NCBI RefSeq assembly: GCF_001194135.2
Contig: NC_068995.1
Coordinates: 4,758,959 to 4,822,958 of the forward strand
Source of the DNA: Octopus bimaculoides
Lineage: Eukaryota
Reading direction: 5' to 3'
Length of the DNA: 64,000 nucleotides
Shown: positions 13,289-24,439 of the stretch, piece after piece
Layout of the letters: each line of letters starts with the position of its first letter
Position numbering within the stretch: position 1 is the stretch's first letter
Made by a program: the position numbers and the translations under genes
The notes under the pieces: generated by a model
What the model was told of the DNA's origin: nothing
Seen by the model: the letters and a program-made list of their open reading frames with translations, nothing else
Databases searched by the model: none

Positions 13289-14689
13289 GATTTTGAACTC
13301 ATACAAATGCGCGATTCATATTAATTGTAAATTTCGAGTTTCATTTTGTAGAAAAAAGCACTTTCAGTTACAAAAAGAAAAGAAAAAAAGTGAAACACTT
13401 TCATTTCACTTTTTGTCACAGTAAACCTCATTTTCGAGAAATTTCTCTGAAAGACATCTTTGCAGAAAGGTGAGTAGATTGATTACATATTTCTTTTATT
13501 ATTCTGAAATTTTGAAATGCCAATTTTCTTTCACGGATCCGGAATCTCCGGAGCCGAAAACGTGGGTGTTGTAAAAAAAAAAAAAAAACGGAAGTGGGTG
13601 TGCTGTTTCTAAGAAAACAAGGGTCTGTTTTTTTTTTAGAAATAAAGAGAGAGAGAGAGAGAGTGCTCTTAAGTCATTCTTCAAATTTTCCAGGCAAAGA
13701 AAGGTCGCATGCAACGCGTGTCTCATCGAAAACCAGAAACACTGGAAGCGGTAATAATTTAAAGGTATTTTAGAGATAATTTATTTTAACATAATTTTCT
13801 GTTAGTAAATGTTTTTTTTTCTTACACAAACACGCAAGATGCGATAATGGCAAGTTTTGGAATTTAGGGTATGGAGTAAATTATTAAAAGAAAAAAAATT
13901 ATTGGATAATCGTATATACTACACGGGCACAAATTGTACCGATAACCAAGTGAAAAGATGCTTTCCTGAGGCTAACTAATATTAACATTGTCTTTGTATA
14001 AGACTGCCACATTATGTTGGCAAATAAACTTTCCTAATCGTATTAATTCCATTGTGAAAACCAAGCGTTAAAAAAATCGAAAAACAGTGAAAAGTTTTGG
14101 AATTAAAGGAGTAGAGGGGAATAGTCATTTTTTTTTCAATAGGGTAATCGTATTTATTCTATTATGCTGATCGAAAAAAATTATCAAAAATAAAAAAAAG
14201 TTGCGAAGGGTTTTAGCACGTGAGAAATTAATTTCTCTTTCAAAGGGAGATTGGCATTATCTTTTTAATTTAATGTATCTAGACATTACATTGTCACAAA
14301 ACTGCTAAAACTTTACTAACATGATCGATAAATGACTAAACCTGGATTTAATTGTATTTTATACAACCTTAGCTATCAATAGATAAATGCAAACTTTTAT
14401 GTGTACATCTTTATAAATATTTCTCATGTGCGATGACTACAACAAACGCGTGCGCGCGCAAGATTCTTTGGGTTTTAACCATAGCTGAAGTCCGCCGCAT
14501 GTTTTTCTTTTGGAATTGATAAAGATTTGTAAAAGTAACTTTTTGCGCACACACATTCTCTCTCTCTCTCTCTCTCTAGGTCAGGAGTCGCCAAATTTTT
14601 TCGACCATCGATCCCGTTTAACCACGTCTTCGTCATCGACCCCTTTTTAGCCACTTCATCTTCTGCACCGACCATTCTTGTGAACGTGT

Positions 14690-14940
14690 TTGGTAGACGG
14701 AAACTGAAAGAAGCCTATATATATATGTGTGTGTTTGTGTATTATGTCTGTGTTTTTCCCTCCTCTATCACTTGACAACCGATGTTGGTGTTTACGTCCC
14801 CCGTAATTTAGCGGTTCGACGAAAGAAACCGATAGAATAAGTACTAGGCTTACAAAAAATAAGCCTTGGAGTCGATTTGGTCGACTAAAGGCGGTGCTCC
14901 AACATGGCCGCAATCAAAATGACTTGAAACAAGTAAAAGA
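14690..14940 (-). mobile_element. Interspersed repeat family D (ACTTGTTTCAGTCATT..GCGGCCATGCTGGAGCACC..CTAGTACTTATTC)
   Basis: Other copies at about 4065-4270(+), 7970-8085(+), 16100-16170(-), 20200-20380(-), 42050-42230(-), 45410-45500, 46100-46165, 52100-52240(-) and 57975-58160(+). Confidence 0.8.
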
Positions 14941-14983
14941 AAAAAAATGCTGGCTTAACCCTAACCCCAACCCNNNNNNNNNN

Positions 14984-15119
14984 AATCGTCTGGTACAGGT
15001 GCTTTGTTATGCGGTGTAGCAGGAAAAGCTGTCCCTACTATAAAAATCGAATCCTCTTGCTCTGGCCGTCTGTCTCTTGTGGTTTGCTTAGAGATACTTG
15101 TATTTATTAGAATGCAGAC
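14984..15119 (-). other. Intron-less (cDNA-like) copy of exons 6466-6532 plus 5427-5495 abutting a 10-N gap
   Basis: 135/136 identity to the two genomic exons, joined exactly at their splice sites. Confidence 0.9.
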
Positions 15120-15300
15120 CTGTTATTTCTAGCACATGTCACGGCTGCCTGTTGCCCTCCTTGTTTCTTTCTCGCTTTGCCATATTGATGTTTTTCAATA
15201 TAGTTCACCACATAGACATTGCTTGTATTTAAGCAAAAAATTCGGATTGTCAGTATCGTAAACAATGATTTTTTTTAAAAAACAAATCTGAAAAATGTAA
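15120..15300 (-). other. Putative first exon of the divergent transcript (5' end unknown)
   Basis: This sequence is fused 5' of the spliced copy, ends ...AAATAACAG, was not seen elsewhere in the window, and is head-to-head with DONSON. Confidence 0.4.
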
Positions 15301-15490
15301 TTTTAACTAATCGGTCGCCTCTCGATGCGGTCCGTTTTTTTGAAAAAAGGTTGCCTGAGCCTGGTGTAAGTTGTGAATAGGAACTTAACTGCTATTTCTA
15401 GTACATCGAGCAACCAGTTAGTGGATCAATATAAAGGGGAGTAACTCTGTTATTACAGTTTCCATGAGCTTTCCCAGAATGCATCATTCT

Positions 15491-15503
15491 TTTCGGCGCG
15501 AAA
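15491..15503. promoter_or_regulatory. Overlapping dyad E2F-type site TTTCGGCGCGAAA
   Basis: The minus strand reads TTTCGCGCCGAAA (E2F consensus TTTSSCGC; DHFR-like dyad). It lies about 160 bp upstream of the ATG of a DNA-replication gene. Confidence 0.55.
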
Positions 15504-15661
15504 CTTGAGTTCGTCTTCCGATCAGTTTAAATGGAAGACATCAAACAACGATACATCGTATAAAATATCTCAAGCATCACGGAAAATAGAGATAATCTGA
15601 GTGACGTAGGAGTAAATCATCAGCTTATAACACAGATATTTATTTATATTTGTGTTTATTA

Positions 15662-15958
15662 ATGGCAGAGACATCGCCGAATTGGAAGAAACCTTCGGAG
15701 GTGATGAAGTTGAGAAGGAAGAAAAAACGGTTATTAGAAAATGAGAATTCTTCATTAAGGAAAAGATTAAAGCTGGATGATTTATCTAACAGAAACGACC
15801 AGATTTCACCTTGTGCCAGTCTTTCTTCGTTCTATCAACATAAGAATCCTTTTAGAAGAAATCATTCCACACCAGTTCGAACCATTTCTTCGACAACGGA
15901 AGAAATTCGACCGAAAACAAATTCTATTCGACTTTTCGATACTTTAGATACTTCTGAG
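15662..15958 (+). CDS. DONSON: DONSON coding exon 1 (MAETSPNWKKPSEVMKLRRKKK...KNPFRR...DTSE)
   Basis: The N-terminus resembles human DONSON PGFRKPPEVVRLRRK and RRNPF. ATG at 15662, donor GAG|GTAAGG, 99 codons, phase 0. Confidence 0.9.
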
Positions 15959-16730
15959 GTAAGGAAAAATCTTATTTAGGTCTGCTCCTTAATTGCTTTT
16001 TGCTTCGTTGTCTTTTTATATAGACTAATTGTGGGTGTTTATGAATTCTTGTTAATAAAAGACTTGGTGTCTCGAAGAATGGTAGATTCGGACTCCGTAT
16101 TTTAAAACAACGAATTAGATTTTAAAGGCGGTGCTGCAGTATGGCCACAGTCAAATGACGGAAACAAGTATAAAGAGTAATCGTATTAATTCTTCTTTAT
16201 GCAGAAGACCGAATCGAAAAAAATATCGTTAAAATTCCCTAATATACAAATTAAGGGCTTTTAGCCCGTGTTTGCTTTTATTTAAATGAGTTTCCCCTCG
16301 GACCTAGGGATATTGAGGGGTTTTTTTTAAACAAGCTAAATAAGACACAAAGTAAATAATTTGTACTCGTGACCTCCACTCGTGACTGTTTCCTCTTAGA
16401 TTTCAGAAAATGGATTTTTTTTTTTTTTAAATTGAAATTTTCGACATACATGCTTTAGATAATGTGGATTCTAATTAAAGCGGGATTTGTTTTAAAAAGA
16501 AAGGGTTTTCTTGTAGTCGGGCATCGGTGTTATCGAAGATTCACATGAATCTGCCTTCAGATGCTTTTTATTTATTTTGTAACGAAGTTTCCTACAGTTG
16601 CCTCTTTGACTGTGCTGAATACGATTCTATCGGAATTTAATGTGGGGAGAAGAGGGGAAGAAAAAGAAATTAACTCGAACTAGTCGGTCCTAGTATCAGT
16701 TCATGTAGGACATTGTGTAACCCCTACCAA

Positions 16731-17121
16731 ATTGGTGGACTTGGGCACATCGCAGAAATAGATGAATCTGTGATGTGCAAATGGAGAAGATAAAAATAGG
16801 TTTTTAGTATTTTGACCGTTCTTCTGAAGCTCTTCTACTACTTAGTTAAAAACTTTATCCAACCATGGACGACTTTATATTCTGATTGTTGAAGTGCGTA
16901 CAATGAATGGGATTACTGAAATAGATGTGACACCAAAGTACACCCTGGAAGAACGTAAAACGACGTTCTATGAGTAAGATGGGGGAAGATTCAACAAAAC
17001 AAAATTATTTACTTTGTTTACATGTTTTGCGCATTCGCGCTAGATAGTCGTTGTAGGATCGACTAGTCACGACTAGCTTGTTCGTGTGCGCGCACCGGGG
17101 CCACTCTTCTTGAATAGTACC
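16731..17121 (+). mobile_element. Internally deleted Merlin element in DONSON intron 1
   Basis: IGGLGHIAEIDES, DRSSEALL and IQPWTTLYSDC*SAYN. It ends in ...AATAGTACC, homologous to the TIR of the MITE at 13148. Confidence 0.8.
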
Positions 17122-17429
17122 CTTTTTCTCTCTAAAAGTTATAGGGAAGCAAAGCAGACTCGTGAATTCTTACAAACCACCTGTTGAACTTTTTTTTTCT
17201 CCCATCTTAAATTCCGTTATAATTGTAATCTACACGACAGGTATTTGTAGAAAATTTTTAGAAGTTAATTCGTGTTAAGATTGTATTTAGGTAATTTTAG
17301 CTTTCTTTAACTGAATGAATATACGTTGACTGGCTGGAATTAACTCAAATATGACAACTTTGTTATCGCAGTTTTGTGAGGTTTGGCTTTTATTTCTAGC
17401 AAGTAAATAGCCTGCTTGGGGTGGGGGTG

Positions 17430-17463
<34 letters not shown>

Positions 17464-17684
17464 AAATTTTACTTTTTACTTTTTTTTTTTTCCTTCAGAA
17501 TCATAATCTCCGTATTTTATACGTATTTCGTTACAAAAATTTTTCCTGAAAAATGAAGAAATAGGGGAGGGGGAATTGAATTTTTAAAAATATTTTTTCA
17601 TAATCGAAATCTTCATAGCCTAAAACGTGACATTACTGGTACTTATTTTTTTTAGCTCCTTTTGTAAAACTTTTTTTTTTCCAG

Positions 17685-17792
17685 ACAAATAATGTTAAAG
17701 ATTTCAGAAGCAAAACTACCGACCATGGCATTCACCATTTACTTTCCAAAGATTCCTGCAAAGCGAAGAGAAATGAAGACTGTGCTGAACGG
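17685..17792 (+). CDS. DONSON: DONSON coding exon 2 (TNNVKDFRSK...EDCAER)
   Basis: Acceptor tttttttccag, donor CGG|gtttgt, 108 nt open, phase 0-0. It lies in a poorly conserved region, so the call rests on splice signals and frame. Confidence 0.7.
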
Positions 17793-18737
17793 GTTTGTTG
17801 CTATTTGTCTCTCAACCACAGTAATTTCTGCTGTACTGCAATGAACGAATGGCTAAGCCAATCTTGGTTTAAAGGGTCATGAATCAGTAAATACCATAGG
17901 CAATGGGTTTACCTGTCAACTTCAAGGTTTCAGGTTCAGTTCCATTGCTTGGCACCTTGGCCAAGTGTCTTCTGGGTGGATTTGATTGGCAGAAGCTGAA
18001 AGAATGGTGTGTGTGTTAATATATTATATAAATGTGTGTGTGTGAGGCTGCATGGCCTAGTAGTTAGGGTGTTGTACTCGTGGTGTCAATTCCTAGACCA
18101 GCTGGTGCGTTGTGGTCTTGAGCAAAACACTTCATTTCATGCTGCTCTGTCGTGTGGTACGGTGTGCACCTGTTCAGGCAATGTTGATTTGATTGGAGAG
18201 AGAGGGTGAGCTATTTGTGCAGGTTATTGGGGTAAAAAGCTGAACTCTCATACATTGTCTTTGATTATTCTGTTTCTCTCTCTCTCTCAAATATGAAAGG
18301 TTTTCAATTTCTGTTTACCAAATCCATTTGCAGGGTTTTAATCGACCTAAAGTTGACCCTTGTACCATCTGGTTGGGAAGCAAACTTCTTACCTCACAGC
18401 AAGACTATAAAAACAAATGTTTTTATTTTGATACAGGCTGGGTGTAATATGATGCAGTGCTTTACAAGATGCCCTTTTTGTTGACCCTCCCCAACACCAT
18501 GCAGGAATATAATGCACCTAGTCTACAAGCCGGTGATTTATTGACACATGTATTGCATGACAGTTTTTCAGTTTTCATTCGCATTGATAAACCTGAAGCT
18601 GTGGCAGGAAAAATGTCCTTGCCCAAGGTCCTTTCCTATGACATTGAATTCAGAACCATGTAATTTTGAATCTAAATTCTTTACAAGGATGTTATGTGAG
18701 TTACTGTGACATTGTCTTTTCATTCTCCTTTTTGCAG

Positions 18738-18932
18738 GTGTCCGATGTTTCAAATGTAACTAAAAAGGAAGATTTTTGTCAAGATATACCTTTTGATTGG
18801 AGTTTAAAACTGAAGATGCGGTTTATTTCTTTGTCTTTTGATTGGTGCAAGAATTTAAGGAGCTCCGAAGAAGCTGAAGGTGTGAGCAATTATTTAGCAA
18901 GTCAACTTCCTGAAACGACGCCCTCTGCAAAT
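18738..18932 (+). CDS. DONSON: DONSON coding exon 3 (DIPFDWSLKLKMRFISLSFDWCKNLRSSEEAEG)
   Basis: Matches human [33 protein letters not shown]. Splice sites ttttgcag| and AAT|gttagt, 195 nt, phase 0. Confidence 0.93.
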
Positions 18933-19561
18933 GTTAGTACCCTCCTCAAGAAGGGGGCTTATTGTTGGGTTTTCCATAGATTGTTGTCATTTTGTCCCAA
19001 ACTATTCCAGTCATGGTTTTTGCGTCTTGTATTTCTGCAACATTATTAACCAATGCAGTGGAACCTTATAGACTGATCTAATTTGTTCCTAGAGGTTATT
19101 TGTCACCAGAGATGTCTGCAAACCGAAATTGAGCAAAAGTAAAATGGCAACTAATGCTCTCTTATTGATACCCTCAGCTTGTCATCAATTATTCTTATGC
19201 AAGATACCATTCATTTCCTAGGATGTTTTCTGGTTCATAAACTAATTGGTTTGTGATGAGAGGTGTTCGTAAACTGAGCAATGCCTGTGCGTGCATGTGT
19301 GTGTGTGTATATATATATATATATACATACATACATGCACACACATACGTACAGGGTTGGGGAAAGGTCACCTGACAATTAATCTAAGTTCCATAAATAC
19401 TATCTGTAATTCTCAATTGGTTTGAATGGAAAAATGTCGCTCAAGGACTTCAGTTTGAACAATTTTCATGGTGTTTCATATATTTCAATGCTGTCATTAG
19501 ATTTGTTCATAAATATATCTTGGAATTAAATGGCTTTGATTTACTATCGGGCGGCCGACTC

Positions 19562-19592
<31 letters not shown>

Positions 19593-19800
19593 GCACATGC
19601 ACTGTTTGCTGGAGACTTTCTCTATTGGTAGAGACATGGTGGGGGGTGCTTAAGGAAAGAGGATCACTTCAAATTTTCATATTATTTTTTCCCTTGGTTT
19701 TAAGCAGGAAAGTTCTTGATAGGAAAGAGCCTGCATGTTTTTTTTCATATGATCCTTTTAAATATGTAATATATATTTATATATGTTTTCTACATTTTAG

Positions 19801-19913
19801 TTGAAGAAACTTCCAGAGAATTCCTGGCGATCCCATTTTCACAGAGAGACTTTGTATTGGGTTCACCCAAATCTTCCCTGGGTGAAATTATTCCCAAGAA
19901 TTACTCACGAAAA
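19801..19913 (+). CDS. DONSON: DONSON coding exon 4 (TLYWVHPNLPWVKLFPRI)
   Basis: Matches human LIYWLHPALSWLPLFPRI. Splice sites cattttag| and AA|gtaaga, phase 0-2. Confidence 0.95.
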
Positions 19914-20970
19914 GTAAGAACTTAAAAACTAGGCTTCACTCTTTGTTGTGTAGAAGCATTTGTTTGGTTAATGTGTCTGTATGTAGACAGTGTGGCCTAG
20001 TGGCTAGGGTGCTGGGTTCATGATCATGAGTATGTGGGTTCAATTCCTGGATCATGCAGCATGTTGTGTCCTTAAGCAAGGCATTTTATTTCCTGTTGCT
20101 CTAGTGATTTCAACTGTGTGCCCAGCCAATGCGGGTGCAACTGTCTCTCTCCTTCCGACTATGACCTCCTGAATCTTCTGCTGGGTCAACTGATACTTCA
20201 CAACAGCAGCAACTTGTCAACTGATGTTGGTTTGTTTACGTCCTTGTAATGTAGCAGTTTGGCAAAAGGATATCTTTGGACTAAGTATCAAGCTTATTCT
20301 ACTGGGGTTGCTTGATTTGATTAAACCCTTGGAGGCGATGCCCCAGCATGACCTTGGTCCAATGACTGAAACCAGTAAAAGAAAATGGTAAAGGATCCAC
20401 CTAAATAAGGGATAGAAATGATGTCATACTGTGTTGTGTAATTGTTATTTGTGTGGATGGGTTGAAATGGAATGGGTTTTTTTTTTATCTGTAAATAGAA
20501 TGTAAGTGTTTTATAGGTGAAGAATTGTTATATACTGTCATTGTTCTTTCTTTAATGTCCCTTTTTCCACGCTGGCATGGGTTAGGCTATCCAACACCAA
20601 CAGATTAGTCAAAAGGTTGCACCAAGTTTCAACGTCTGGCATGGTTTCTACTGCTGGGTGCTTTTCCCTATTGTCAGTTACATCTCAGATTATACCGAGT
20701 GCTTTTTTTTTCCCCATGTCATCAGCACTGGTGAGGTCTCCCAGTAGCTAGGAAGACTGACCCTTTAGCTGAGTGAAGCAATATGATGGGATCAAGTGTC
20801 TTGCTTAAGAGGTGAATACAAAGATAGAAATGGTTGGTGTGTAGCTGAGCGTGCTCGAGTGAGACAAATGTAAGTTGATTAGAGTTTAACGAGTTGGTGT
20901 GACTAATTAAACTTATCACAAACTACCATATTTCCTTGTCTGTATTGTGCTGTTTGTTGTTTATTTCCAG

Positions 20971-21027
20971 ATCTTCGAACAGCATCAATCTTGGAGATCA
21001 AGTATACTCATCGCTGTTATCTGATTG
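20971..21027 (+). CDS. DONSON: DONSON coding exon 5 (SSNSINLGDQVYSSLLSDW)
   Basis: Splice sites tttatttccag| and TG|gtttgt, 57 nt, phase 2-2. SLLSDW matches human VLMSDW. Confidence 0.85.
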
Positions 21028-21719
21028 GTTTGTATATTTCTTGTATCTGATTGGTTATTGACTCAGTGTTGTAATGTGGTACCCTGTAGTATTTGGCCTT
21101 TTTATGTATAAGGTTTAAGTGGTTGGAAAGTGGGGTTGTCAACATCCAGTGGAATAAATACCAGTCATACATTCAGGCTAATTTAATTGATTCTGCTCCT
21201 CTTTTCAAATTTGTGGCTTTGTGTCCCCGTCACGACGAACATACAAAATTGTAACCCATTAGTCATAATAGCAAGATGGCATCAAATGGCAGTAACAACA
21301 ACAGCGAAGGCAGTGTGCTGGCACCTCAAGCGAAATGCTTAGTGGCATGTCTTCCAGCTTTGCTCTTTATCCATTGGGGTCAATAAAATAAGTACCTGTC
21401 ACACACACACGGGTGTGTGAGTGCTCTAAGTTCTTTTAGTTTCTGTGTAACAAGGCTTTTGGCCAGCCCAGGGCTATAATCGATGTGTCCCAGGTGCCAT
21501 GCAGTGGGACTGAACTTGAAGCCATGTTAAATCGAGGAAAGAAATCTCCTTAACCACAAGACCATATATGTGTGTGTGGACACAGTTTGCCACCTTGTTA
21601 CCACATGGTCTTAAGTTCTATCTCACTGTGTGGTGACTTGTGAGTGGAATTGATACACAAGAACTGTATGGATGGAAGCCTGTTGTAGGTATATATGTAT
21701 ACATATTTACATACTTCCT

Positions 21720-21890
21720 ACCAGGGCCTTATTCTCGTTCAACACAGCAGCTGTGGGCTGGAAGAGGTCCCATGCCAGCCCCGGCACCAGATGGCTGAAT
21801 ATAAGGAAGATCTCCAGAAACTCAACATCATCTTGGAGGATGCAGAAGGGCTGGGACAAGACTACTGGCAATGGCGGGTGGCGCTAATGG
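21720..21890 (+). mobile_element. Degenerate LINE ORF C-terminal fragment in DONSON intron 5
   Basis: Frameshifted PGTRWL / YKEDLQKLNIILEDAEGLGQDYWQWR resembles the RTE-like RGRP..RW..IKEDL....AQDR..WR tail. Confidence 0.5.
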
Positions 21891-22383
21891 ACCTGGCTGG
21901 TTCTATGCACGGCGATGCCTTTGAGCCTGCTGACCTGGGATAACCCCAGCCCTGTCAAGAAAGAGCATACATGGAGAAAGATAGAATGTTTACATATTTT
22001 GAAGAGTGTTAAACTAAAGACACCAACATTTGTTGACATTCTTGCACCTTCAAGGAGGAGTGGAATAAAATTTACATTACTTACGAAAGCAGGTAGGGGT
22101 TAACAACAGACCTCAGTCTATACTTCTCTAACCCATTGTGGTGTGGCAATGTGCTGGTGGCATGAAAAAAGCAGCCAGTACACTTTGTAGAGTGATTGGC
22201 ATTACGGAAGGGCATCCAGCTATAGAAACCATGCCAAAGCAGATATTGGGGCTCGATGTGGTCCTGCTGCTTGTCAGGTCTTTTTAAACCATCCAAGTCA
22301 TGCCAGCATTAAAAAAAAGGGTGTTAAATGATGATGTCTGTGTGTGTGCTCATTTTTCAATAGTTTCTTCTGTCTGTCTCCAG

Positions 22384-22565
22384 GTCGGAGAGTTTCCTGT
22401 CGGCGTTCGGTCAGTTACGGTCGGGCTATTGCCCTTACCTGTACGTCTGTACCCACCAGTTCACTGTGCTCTTCAAAAGGATGAAGACTTCAAAGAATGA
22501 CTCCACCCTCTCAGCAGTTCTTACTCCGACAACTCGAGGACTCAGGGAAGCTCTCAAAAAGGAAG
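22384..22565 (+). CDS. DONSON: DONSON coding exon 6 (YCPYLYVCTHQFTVLF...PTTRGLREALKKEG)
   Basis: Near-identical to human LCPYFYVCTYQFTVLF...SPTTRGLREAMRNEG. Splice sites ctccag| and G|gtgtgt, phase 2-1. Confidence 0.97.
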
Positions 22566-23543
22566 GTGTGTTCATTGTTTCATATCCCCTTATTGCCAAA
22601 GTGTGTGATATTATCATCATCATCATATGAGTTGTTTGTTACCAGCATCTCGTGTCTGTATGTTTGTGTTTGTCAGTAAGTATTCAATTAATGAATTGTA
22701 ATCTCTCTCTCCCCCCCCTTTCTGTCTGTCTATGCATATTTCTGTATGTGCAGACATGCTTGTTTCAAGTCCCAAAACGGTACTGTTTCCACAGTGGAGA
22801 ATGCCTCCAGTTAGCCATTCGAAATCACCAGCGTCCAAAGAGTTTTTTGTTCAATTGTCTTGTCCTATGATGGTAGATAATCAGAATAGATGTTGACTGA
22901 TGGCAATAGGCCTCGTGGAAGTGACGACGAAATAAGCAACAACGATGGCAAATGTGCTGTGCTGCAAACTTATCCAACCCACATTGATAGAGAGAAGCCA
23001 AATGTTAAATCATTGGTGATAGTGACGACTTACCACTTGTCCTTTGCAGTTAACCTCCTTGGATATTACACTCATGAGTCCTAGGACTCAGAGCGGATGG
23101 GGCAATTTGCCTGGTTTCCATGGTGTATAAAATGGCAAGAGATCACCACAGAATGGGACCCTGGTCTGTTGAGTTAGTCATTTACAGCTGAGTGGACTGA
23201 GGCTATGTGAAAGGAAGTGCTTTGTTAAAGAACACACAGCACCGTCCGGTCTGGGAATTGAAACCACGATCATAATATGTGGTTTCAACACTCTAAATCG
23301 GCCACACACCTTGATAGATGGTGATGATCATTTAATGTCTGTTGTCCATGCTGGCATGGGTTGGGTGTTTTGGCCAGCTGGAGGGGGGGGTGTTGCACCA
23401 GGCTCCAGTTCTGATTTTACATATTCTAAAACTTTTATAAAATATTTTCCTTTAATTTAAAACAATTTTTTTTTTTTTTTTTTCGAAAATATTTAAATTT
23501 TAAAACCATCTTTTCTAAGTTAATTTTATTTATTCATTGGCAG

Positions 23544-23646
23544 GGATTGAATTCAAGATGCCGTGTAATCCAAAAGGCACTGAAAGGACCTCCCTGGAAT
23601 CTGAAGACTCCAATATCAGTGGGGGTCCAGTATCTAGAAATTCTAG
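23544..23646 (+). CDS. DONSON: DONSON coding exon 7 (GIEFKMPCNPK...SRNS)
   Basis: GIEF matches human GIEFSLP. Splice sites ttggcag| and AG|gtgagg, phase 1-2. Confidence 0.88.
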
Positions 23647-24439
23647 GTGAGGAGGTGATGATTGATTTCTTATGAAAGGACAACCCCAGATGGGGGAAGA
23701 GAGAGATTGGATGACAGTTGTGCCTCTCTTGTAAGCAATTAACAGCTTAATTGAAACAACCACAATGAATCTTAAGTCCTTGTTTCATATTTACATACTA
23801 GTGGGCATTTTAATAGAGGATGTGGTGATATTCATGCCATCCTCAAAATCAAAATTGTATGAAATGAAATGAGTGGTTACAGTTAAGGATTGAAACAAGA
23901 TCCCAAAATCTGGCCTTCTGCATATCAAGCTGACAAAGGAATCTATGTGGTTGCTCTGTGAAGGTGTGTGGTGCTGTGGTTAGGTTATTCAACTCCTAAT
24001 TGTTAGGTCATGAGTTCAATTCCTGGCAACATGTGTTCTTGAGCAAGACACTTTATTTCACGTTGCTTCAGTCCACTCTGGTGGCAAAATGGGTTGGATC
24101 TCCCTGAGAACTACATGCAGGATGTTCATGTCTGTGGAGTACTCAGCCACTTGTACATTACTTCACAAACAGACTGTTCCATTGATCAGATCCACTGGAA
24201 CCTTCACAATTGTAACCAATGAAGTGCCAGTTTATATGGTTGGTCTATCTGCTAGATATAGCAGTCAAATCTTCCTCAACCCACTGTCTTGAAACAAAAA
24301 GTATGTATATATATATAAAATGATGCATTTGTCCTACATTAGTTCATGCCCGGTCCAGGAAATGAAAGCATGACCTCGTAATCGTGTGTCCAACAACCTT
24401 ACCACTAGGCCATGCATCTTCACATGCACATACATCCTC

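Noticed and set aside
14582-15363. hAT-like ends CAGGAGTCGCCAAA and AAAGGTTGCCTGAGCCTG possibly delimiting one element around the spliced copy
   Set aside because: The flanking 8-mers (CTCTAGGT versus GTGTAAGT) match at only 5 of 8 positions and a gap intervenes, so a single element cannot be supported.
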